A stretch of DNA of 26,638 nucleotides from an uncultured Erysipelotrichaceae bacterium (lineage in GTDB: Bacteria; Bacillota_I; Bacilli_A; RF39; UBA660): the NCBI GenBank assembly GCA_902783405.1, contig CACZQZ010000004.1:1-26638 (forward strand), given 5' to 3'. The notes under the pieces were generated by a model, which was given only the letters and a program-made list of their open reading frames with translations, was not told the origin of the DNA and ran no database searches. A program made the position numbers and the translations under genes. Of the stretch, positions 8,194 to 15,388 are shown one piece after another. Within the stretch, counting starts at the first letter, position 1; each line of letters begins with the position of its first letter.

Positions 8194-9271
8194 TATATAT
8201 CCTCCTATATTTATGAATTACATCATATGAAAATATTCGTTCTGTTATTGTTGAAGAAGTTATCATCTTTTTATTTTCATCTTCTTGCTCAAATATTATA
8301 TTTAATATATTTTCTGTTTTAATTTTACGTAATAAACTCTCAATTTGATTGCTTTTACTATCTGGAAATAATTCAGTTGTATATGTTAGTGAAAAATAAA
8401 TATATTTTTCTAAACTATATTTTTTAATCTCTTGATATAGAATATCTATATCAATTTCAGTAAAGTATTTTTTTATAAAATAATAAATGTCAATAAATTT
8501 ATATAAATCTAAAACTTTTCTTTTTTTTAATATACCGACTAGTGATGAATCTTTATAGAGATGTATACATAATTCTATAAAATTATGATAATAGTTTAAA
8601 GAATATATTGGGATGTTATCATTTTTTATAATTGAAATTCTATTTTTTAAAAAATAATCTACAATTTCATTATTGTTTTGACTCCAGTCTATTGAAAAAT
8701 TTAAATCAACATCAATGGTTTCGACAGCAGGATTATTGTTTTTTCTCACAAATGGTGCGGTTTCACCTCTGGTTAAAATACTTTTATCTAATTCTTCTTG
8801 TGTAAACTTTATTATTTTTTTATTTTTATAATCATATTTTCCTTGTATGAATCCTAAGTTATGTAAAATATTTGTTACTACTGGAATAGAATCCTTTTTT
8901 ATCAATATATCAATATCATTACTTGCTCTAGATCCGTATTTGAATAATGTATTATTTAAAATAGAACCTTTTAAAAAAACATATTCAATATTATTTTTAT
9001 CTAATTCATTAGAAATAATATTTATCCATTTATTTTGTTCTAATGTTCTCTCTTTTTGTAATTCATTTATCATGTATGTTGTGAAATATACTGGATAGTC
9101 AAATTTTCTTACACCGATTTTTTCCATCTTTTCATATGTTAAGCCGGCAACTCTATGGTATGTTAGGTATCCTAAAATATTAATCCAATTTACATTATTT
9201 AAAAAAAAATCATCGTGTACATTTACATCATATTTTAATAATTCCAAAATTAATTTATGTTCTTGATTCAT
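8174..9271 (-). CDS. Nucleotidyltransferase family protein (uncharacterised NTP_transf_5 type)
   Basis: FLKGSILNNTLFKYGSRASNDIDILI and C-terminal LCIHLYK...FIDIYYF pattern. RBS GGAGG on the minus strand. Confidence 0.85.
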   Translation of the reverse strand: MNQEHKLILELLKYDVNVHDDFFLNNVNWINILGYLTYHRVAGLTYEKMEKIGVRKFDYPVYFTTYMINELQKERTLEQNKWINIISNELDKNNIEYVFLKGSILNNTLFKYGSRASNDIDILIKKDSIPVVTNILHNLGFIQGKYDYKNKKIIKFTQEELDKSILTRGETAPFVRKNNNPAVETIDVDLNFSIDWSQNNNEIVDYFLKNRISIIKNDNIPIYSLNYYHNFIELCIHLYKDSSLVGILKKRKVLDLYKFIDIYYFIKKYFTEIDIDILYQEIKKYSLEKYIYFSLTYTTELFPDSKSNQIESLLRKIKTENILNIIFEQEDENKKMITSSTITERIFSYDVIHKYRRIYNETDHK

Positions 9272-9362
9272 ACATTATTTGCCTCCCACAATGAAATTAA
9301 AGTATTTAATATATTCTATCATAAATCATCAAATTTAGAAATAAATTTTTCATATAGATTGT

Positions 9363-9391
9363 TTGTGTTATTTTAAGTTTTGTGATAAAAT
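9363..9391 (+). promoter_or_regulatory. Rightward promoter of the divergent intergenic region (AKR / HAD-TrpD-like unit)
   Basis: TTGTGT (9363-9368), 17 nt spacer, TG-a-TAAAAT extended -10 (9386-9391). A minus-strand TG-a-TAGAAT near 9314-9322 could drive the leftward operon. Confidence 0.55.
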
Positions 9392-9420
9392 ATGGGGAAT
9401 AAATCATTTGAGGTGATTTC

Positions 9421-10299
9421 ATGGATGATATTCGTATTTCAAAGATAGGATTAGGGACTTGGTTACTGGGTGGAGATGTTAAGGCAAATATTAATAATAA
9501 TGATGAAAAAGACTTAAATGCTATTAAGTATGCGATTAAAAATGGAATTAACCATATAGACACATCAGAAAGTTATTCTGGTGGAAAGAGTGAAATACTA
9601 ATTGGACAATCAATAAAATGTTTTGAACGTAATAAAATTTTTATTGCTACTAAAGTTAGAGAGTGGAATTTATCATATGATAAACTTATATTATCATGTA
9701 TGAAATCTTTAAAACGGTTGGATACAAATTATATAGATCTATATTATGTGCATAAACAAAATAAAGCAATTCCAATTGAAGAAACATGCAAAGCATTAAA
9801 CTATTTATTAGAAAAAGGTTTTATAAAAAATGTCGGATTATCAAATGTTGGCATAGAAACGATTGAAAAATTTAATTTATTATTAGATAAGCAAGTATAT
9901 GCAGTTCAAAATCAGTATAATTTGATTTGTAGAGAGTCTCAGGTTAAAGGAATTATTGAATATTGTAGAAAAAATAATATTAAATTTATATGTTGGAGAC
10001 CAATTTTATTATCATATCCGGGAGTCTCTGATCCGATGTATAAAAAAGGTACTTATCCTGTGCTTGATGAAATGGCAAAAAAATATCATGTTTCGAATGT
10101 TCAAGTCGTTGCTAAATGGTTGCTACAGCAAGATAACGTATATATTATATTTAAGAGTAATAATATAAAGCATATTCAGGAAATATTAGAAACACAAAAT
10201 TTTAATCTTTCAAGGAAAGATTGGCAAATATTAAACTATAATTTTCCAATTCAATTTGACAGGGGATGTGCAAGTAATGAATTTTATGAAGTTTCCTAA
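9421..10299 (+). CDS. Aldo/keto reductase
   Basis: IGLGTW, GINHIDTSESY (Asp/Tyr), IATK (Lys), DLYYVH (His), VGLSN, QNQYNL. RBS GAGGTG. Confidence 0.95.
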   Translation: MDDIRISKIGLGTWLLGGDVKANINNNDEKDLNAIKYAIKNGINHIDTSESYSGGKSEILIGQSIKCFERNKIFIATKVREWNLSYDKLILSCMKSLKRLDTNYIDLYYVHKQNKAIPIEETCKALNYLLEKGFIKNVGLSNVGIETIEKFNLLLDKQVYAVQNQYNLICRESQVKGIIEYCRKNNIKFICWRPILLSYPGVSDPMYKKGTYPVLDEMAKKYHVSNVQVVAKWLLQQDNVYIIFKSNNIKHIQEILETQNFNLSRKDWQILNYNFPIQFDRGCASNEFYEVS

Positions 10300-12079
10300 A
10301 GCATTTCTACTTGATTTAGACGGCACTGTATTGGATACAGAATCATTGTATTTACAATTAATGATGAATTATAATAAAAAATATGGTCTACATATTTCAA
10401 AACAATTTTATATTAATAACTTTTTAGGAAAATCTAGGGATGTTATATCAGAAATTATGAAAATAAGATGGAAAGATAAATATGATGAAAACGAATATTG
10501 GATGGGCTTATTAAAATATAGAAAAGATTATTTAAAAAATAATAAAGTTAAAGCAAAAGAAGGATTTTTAGAATTTATAAAATATGTAAAACTAAATCAT
10601 AGTTATATTGGAATTGTGACATCAAATTCTTTGGATTTAGTAAAATTTTTACTACAACAAGCAAATATAAATGAAAATGATTTCGATATTATTATTTGTA
10701 GAGATAATGTGGAAAAGATAAAACCATATTCAGATTTATATGAATTTGCTATAAAAAAATTAAGAATAAAAAAAGAAGATATCATTGTTATAGAAGATAG
10801 CCCTATCGGTATTGAGGCAGCTATAAATGCTAATTTAAAAATTATAAATATAAAAGATATTGCTTTTGTAAATAAAGATTTAAATCAGAAATGTTGCATG
10901 ACTATCAATTCATTCTATGATATCATTAATTTTATGAAAATGTTGGAGGTCAATATGGAAATAATCAAGTCAAAAAAAAACAAAGAACCTTTTGAATCTT
11001 TGTATAAATTGAATGTAGGTTTATCCTTAGATGAATATGAGGCAGAAGAAGCTATGAACATTATATTAAATGAATCGGATATACAAAAAAGAATTAGTTT
11101 ATTAACAATGTTATTAAATGGCATAATGATAAAAGGGCCAACGGTTAACGAAATTAGTGGATTATTAACTGCTTCATTAAATATGGATGATGTACTAAAA
11201 AGTAATAAGTTAGAAATTAAAATGCCTAATAATGATATGATTGTTGGCGTTGCATCTAGTGGAAAAAAAGGAATTAAAACAATTAATATAACAACCGTTT
11301 CATGTTTTGTAGCTGCTGCATGTGGTGTAAATATTGCGAAGGCATGTTCACATTCTACATCATCAAAGACTGGATCAACTGATTTTTTAGACATTTGTGG
11401 TATAAATGTAAATATACCATTTGAAAAAAAAGTTGAAATATTTAAAAAACACCATATTTCATTCTTTTCTATTGAAGAGACAACACCAAAATTTGCTAAA
11501 GTTTATGGTGGAATATTTTATGCACCACATGCAATGAGTTTTGGATTAGCAGGATTAAGTTTTCCAATAAAAGTTGATTCACTTGCATATGGATTATCAC
11601 ATCCAAATGTAAAATTATCTGCTGAAGTTTTGAAAAAATTTGGGGTGAAGAATGCACTTATCTATTCTTCAACATACGATGGTATTCATTTTTTAGATGA
11701 ACTGTTGCCAGTTGGATGTGTAAATTTTGCTAGGATTAAAAATGGGAATGTAGAAAAAACTATTTCAGCGGATATACATGAAGCTTTAGATTTGACATCT
11801 GGTTTTGATTTATCTAGTATTAAAGAAAAAGAAGATAAAAAAGACAATGTGATAGAATCTATAAAAATTTTACACGGTGATGGTACGGAAAGTCAAATTG
11901 ATACAATTTGTATTAATGTTGCAATATTTTTATTACTTGGTCATAAAGTAGATTCATTAGAAGAAGGTTATAGGAATGCAAAAAGTATAATTAAAACTAA
12001 TAAAGTATGGAATTTATTTTTAAATGTAGTTGAATTATATGGTGGTAGTAAAGAGTATATTGAAAGTTTACTACTTTAG
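10277..12079 (+). CDS. Fusion: HAD-IA phosphatase (N-terminal ~226 aa) + divergent anthranilate phosphoribosyltransferase (TrpD)-like domain (from Met at 10955)
   Basis: HAD motifs DLDGTVLDTE, IVTSN, KIKPYSDLY, IEDSPIGIEAA. TrpD-like motifs KGPTVNEISG, ASSGKKGIKTINITT, KACSHSTSSKTGSTD, FLDE, INVAIFL. RBS AGGGG before 10277 and a second RBS GGAGGT before in-frame ATG 10955. Confidence 0.85.
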   Translation: MNFMKFPKAFLLDLDGTVLDTESLYLQLMMNYNKKYGLHISKQFYINNFLGKSRDVISEIMKIRWKDKYDENEYWMGLLKYRKDYLKNNKVKAKEGFLEFIKYVKLNHSYIGIVTSNSLDLVKFLLQQANINENDFDIIICRDNVEKIKPYSDLYEFAIKKLRIKKEDIIVIEDSPIGIEAAINANLKIINIKDIAFVNKDLNQKCCMTINSFYDIINFMKMLEVNMEIIKSKKNKEPFESLYKLNVGLSLDEYEAEEAMNIILNESDIQKRISLLTMLLNGIMIKGPTVNEISGLLTASLNMDDVLKSNKLEIKMPNNDMIVGVASSGKKGIKTINITTVSCFVAAACGVNIAKACSHSTSSKTGSTDFLDICGINVNIPFEKKVEIFKKHHISFFSIEETTPKFAKVYGGIFYAPHAMSFGLAGLSFPIKVDSLAYGLSHPNVKLSAEVLKKFGVKNALIYSSTYDGIHFLDELLPVGCVNFARIKNGNVEKTISADIHEALDLTSGFDLSSIKEKEDKKDNVIESIKILHGDGTESQIDTICINVAIFLLLGHKVDSLEEGYRNAKSIIKTNKVWNLFLNVVELYGGSKEYIESLLL

Positions 12080-12196
12080 TTTTAAAATATTTCTTATAAA
12101 TTTGATTATGATTTTTAAATGATGTGAATTTATGATGGGTTTATAAAAGATTGAGGAAAATGCTAAAAAATTAATATTAAAGAGGTTTTAGAAGAT

Positions 12197-12466
12197 ATGA
12201 TTTATAAATTTAAATTCTTTTTTACAGATGGAACTTCACAACTTGGTGATGCTTGGAGTAAAAATCCGCGAACATTATATAATGATTTTGATGGGTTGAT
12301 GGATTGGAATGAGTTTGAACAATTACATAATGAAGATTTAACAGTTCATCAAGTTTTAGAATTAGCTATGGAAGTTTATAAACCAATAAGAAAAGAATAT
12401 TATAGAATTGAAATAGTCAATGTTGATACTGGTGAAGTTGTAGATTATATTGATATTAGAGAATAA
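12197..12466 (+). CDS. Hypothetical protein (89 aa, acidic)
   Basis: RBS AGAGGT, clean ORF, motif resemblance to 12964-13275. Confidence 0.75.
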   Translation: MIYKFKFFFTDGTSQLGDAWSKNPRTLYNDFDGLMDWNEFEQLHNEDLTVHQVLELAMEVYKPIRKEYYRIEIVNVDTGEVVDYIDIRE

Positions 12467-12508
12467 AATGAAAGGAAAAAATAGGGTATATTTGAAATAA
12501 TTATTTGC

Positions 12509-12533
12509 AGAAGGATTTTTTCCTTCTTTTTTT
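12509..12533 (+). terminator. Intrinsic terminator
   Basis: AGAAGGA-ttttt-TCCTTCT followed by a T-run. Confidence 0.75.
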
Positions 12534-12605
12534 GTTGAAAAAATTTGATAAATTAAATCTTATAACGATATAAAGAGAATAATAACAACTTATGAAAAAG
12601 ATTCA

Positions 12606-12923
12606 TTGCTTAATTTATTAATTAAAAATGATGAATTACAAAGAAAAATAAGAGGATATCATTATCGTAATAATAAATTATATTCACTAATAGTATTGTA
12701 TTTTGTAGAAGGTAAGAATGAATATTTATTATCAGCATTTAAATGGTATTTTGATGATAAAAACTTCTCTATTAAAAATATTAATAATTCATATAGTATT
12801 GATGATTGTTTGTTTTACGGCTTTCCAATTTTTGATAAAGATTACTATGATATTATGAAGAAAGTGATAATTAATTTAAATAAAAATTATAAAAACAAAA
12901 TAAGAATTAGAAATCAGTATTAA
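12606..12923 (+). CDS. Hypothetical protein (105 aa, TTG start), possibly frameshifted from ATG 12592
   Basis: ORF fills the gap between neighbours. Weak RBS; out-of-frame ATG-A5 14 nt upstream. Confidence 0.5.
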   Translation: MLNLLIKNDELQRKIRGYHYRNNKLYSLIVLYFVEGKNEYLLSAFKWYFDDKNFSIKNINNSYSIDDCLFYGFPIFDKDYYDIMKKVIINLNKNYKNKIRIRNQY

Positions 12924-12963
12924 TTTGTGTTATTATGTTTGTAATGGATGGTGGTAAACTATT

Positions 12964-13275
12964 ATGATAAATTTAGAAGAATTAAAATTTAATAAGAATA
13001 ATCAATTATATGAAACCGGATATAGGATTGTGTATTTTTATGAAGATGGTAATTATTCTATTGGAGAGTTTTGTAAAACAATTGAAGGTTTTATGATTGG
13101 ATTTGCTGATAGTAACCCAATTATTGATGATGAAGATATACCAAAATTTATTTCAAATAAGGATTTATTAAATAGATGTTTAAAATATGATGAAAAAGCA
13201 ATTGGTGCTGCTATTTATAAAACAGATGGGACTTTAATTGATAGAATAAGTAGTAAAGCTAATAAAAAAATCTGA
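12964..13275 (+). CDS. Hypothetical protein (103 aa)
   Basis: RBS GGTGGT, clean ORF, motif resemblance to 12197-12466. Confidence 0.75.
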   Translation: MINLEELKFNKNNQLYETGYRIVYFYEDGNYSIGEFCKTIEGFMIGFADSNPIIDDEDIPKFISNKDLLNRCLKYDEKAIGAAIYKTDGTLIDRISSKANKKI

Positions 13276-13366
13276 GTTTTTTGTACTTAGTATTATCATG
13301 AAATAAATTTGATAATAAAGTAATGTTTTACCATTTTTTTAATGCTTAAAAATTTTTTACAAATAT

Positions 13367-13387
13367 AAGGAAGAAATTCCTTTTTTT
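13367..13387 (+). terminator. Intrinsic terminator abutting the next promoter
   Basis: AAGGAA-gaaa-TTCCTT hairpin with GNRA loop, followed by a T-run. Confidence 0.65.
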
Positions 13388-13388
13388 G

Positions 13389-13418
13389 TTGAAAAATGGT
13401 TATAAATTATAGTATAAT
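13389..13418 (+). promoter_or_regulatory. Sigma-A type promoter for the AMP-dependent ligase gene
   Basis: TTGAAA (13389-13394), 18 nt spacer, TATAAT (13413-13418). Confidence 0.7.
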
Positions 13419-13461
13419 TTAGTTAGAAGAATAAGGGGACATAATGAAAGGATAAAGTAAT

Positions 13462-15330
13462 ATGACAAAAGAAGATTTATTAAAATTAAAAATGAAATTA
13501 TCTAAATTATCTGAAGAAGAACAAAAGAAAAGAAACCTTTATTTAAGAGATTTAGCAAGTGGAGAACTGCAAGGACCACCAACGGGATATCCTAGTATAG
13601 ATAAACCATGGCTAAAACATTATGATTTTTCCAAATTAGATTATTTGGATATTAAAAAAACAGTATATCAAGAAGTTTACGATAATAATTTACCATATCA
13701 AAAAGAATTAGCACTCGAATTTTTTGGTACAAAGATATCATATAAAAAATTTTTTGAAAATGTTCAAAGCGCTGTTAAAGCGTTAAAAGAATATGGCGTG
13801 AAAAAAGGTGATTATGTTTCATTTTGCATTGCAGGAATTCCTGAAACTGCATACCTGTTTTATGCTTGTTCTTATATTGGAGCTATAGGAAACTTCATGA
13901 CACCAAATATGTATATGGAAGATATGGCAGAGAATGTAAACATTTCAGAATCAAAAATATTTTTTGTGATGGATAAATTCTATGAAAAAATAAGTCCTGC
14001 ACTTAAAAAAGCTAATGTAGATAATGTTATAATAGTACCAACACTTAATTCTTCGCTATTAAAATATGTTTCTCCAAAATTTAAAATTGTTAATTCAAAT
14101 GAATTATTTTGGAATCAATTTATAAAAGATGGAAAATATAAGAAAGCAGAAGAACCAGTAAAATATGAAAAAGATTCTCCACTGGTAGTTGTTTATTCAT
14201 CCGGAACAACAGGTAGATATAAAGGAATACTACTATCTAATGATAGTTTTCAAAATTCTGTTCATAGTTATCCATCGATTGGTGTGGATATTTCTAGAAA
14301 TCAAAAATTTTATCAAATTATACCACCATGGGTATCTACAGGTTTAAGCACATCACTTCATTTACCATTAACTTATGGTGTTTCAGTATTTATGGATCCT
14401 CGTTTTGAAAGAGAACCATTTGTAAAAAATATTATTAAACATAAGATAAATTATGCAGTTGCTACAACTAGTATGTATGAGGGATTTTTAGATGAAAACT
14501 TAGTTAAAAATAAAATTTGGCCATCCATTAATTATCCATTTCAAGGTGGAGAAGCATTACCTATTGAAAAACAAATAAAAATAGATGAAGCTTTCAAAAA
14601 GCATGGATGCGATGCAAAAATTAGATCTGCTTATGGTCAATGTGAATGTGGAGCCGCAATTGTTACTCAAACACAAAAAATAGATCATCCAAAAGGATCT
14701 TCTGGAATTCCACTTCCTGGTATAAATCTAGCCATTGTTGATGATGATAAAAATGAATTAACTGTTAATACAAGAGGAAATATTTTTGTTGATACTCCAT
14801 GTGGAATGTTAAAATATTTTAATAATGATAAATTGACAGAAGAATATTTTTATATTGATAAACAAGGTACTAAATGGAGTCAAACAGGAGATATTGGATA
14901 TATAGATGAAAATGGTAATTTGTTTATAGAAGGAAGAAGTAAAGATTATACAATAGTAAATGATAACAAAATCTATAATTTCGATATTGAAAAAATCATT
15001 TTACAAGATTCTAGAATTAAAGATTGCGATGTAGTTGCTAGAACTGATGGCGAAAAGCAAGAATTATTTGCACATATTATTTATGTAGATGAAGTAGCAA
15101 ACAATAAAGATTTCAATATTGAAGAAAATTTAAAAGAAATACAAGAAAGAATATATCAATATTATGATAATCTAAATATGGTTCCTAATTTATTTAAGAT
15201 AAGAACAGAATTTCCTTGTGCTATGTCTGGAAAAAGGGACGTACGGGCTATGCAACAAGATAATGACAATGTTATTTTCTTAAATTCTAAAGAATTAGTT
15301 AAAACTTTAAAAAAAGTTAAAAGTATGTAA
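13462..15330 (+). CDS. AMP-dependent synthetase/ligase (class I adenylate-forming, acyl-CoA ligase-like)
   Basis: YSSGTTGRYKG, YGQCE, SGIPLPG, TGDIG, GRSKD, C-terminal SGKRD. Confidence 0.93.
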   Translation: MTKEDLLKLKMKLSKLSEEEQKKRNLYLRDLASGELQGPPTGYPSIDKPWLKHYDFSKLDYLDIKKTVYQEVYDNNLPYQKELALEFFGTKISYKKFFENVQSAVKALKEYGVKKGDYVSFCIAGIPETAYLFYACSYIGAIGNFMTPNMYMEDMAENVNISESKIFFVMDKFYEKISPALKKANVDNVIIVPTLNSSLLKYVSPKFKIVNSNELFWNQFIKDGKYKKAEEPVKYEKDSPLVVVYSSGTTGRYKGILLSNDSFQNSVHSYPSIGVDISRNQKFYQIIPPWVSTGLSTSLHLPLTYGVSVFMDPRFEREPFVKNIIKHKINYAVATTSMYEGFLDENLVKNKIWPSINYPFQGGEALPIEKQIKIDEAFKKHGCDAKIRSAYGQCECGAAIVTQTQKIDHPKGSSGIPLPGINLAIVDDDKNELTVNTRGNIFVDTPCGMLKYFNNDKLTEEYFYIDKQGTKWSQTGDIGYIDENGNLFIEGRSKDYTIVNDNKIYNFDIEKIILQDSRIKDCDVVARTDGEKQELFAHIIYVDEVANNKDFNIEENLKEIQERIYQYYDNLNMVPNLFKIRTEFPCAMSGKRDVRAMQQDNDNVIFLNSKELVKTLKKVKSM

Positions 15331-15346
15331 ACTTTTAATTTTTTTT
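15311..15346 (+). terminator. Probable AT-rich terminator overlapping the ligase stop codon
   Basis: TTAAAAGT-atgtaa-ACTTTTAA followed by T8. Confidence 0.5.
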
Positions 15347-15388
15347 ATGTTTTTTATGGTATACTTAAAGAAGGATAGGAATGGTATT

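Noticed and set aside
3932-10980. A9 tracts in coding regions (3932-3940, 10972-10980) as phase-variation switches
   Set aside because: Frames are intact and A8-A9 runs (Lys/Asn codons) are frequent throughout this AT-rich window.
8847-11394. ORFs 8847-9098(+), 9306-9563(-), 9956-10168(+), 10603-10785(-), 10915-11394(-) as possible RiPP precursors or hidden genes
   Set aside because: All overlap longer motif-bearing genes. None shows a lasso leader/core pattern or a credible RBS.
9421-12079. Ordinary tryptophan biosynthesis operon
   Set aside because: No trpE/G/F/C/B/A in the window and the TrpD anthranilate-binding residues are altered.
13291-13317. 8-bp inverted repeat TATTATCA/TGATAATA
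   Set aside because: Almost all A/T, no U-tract, and not distinguishable from chance by eye.
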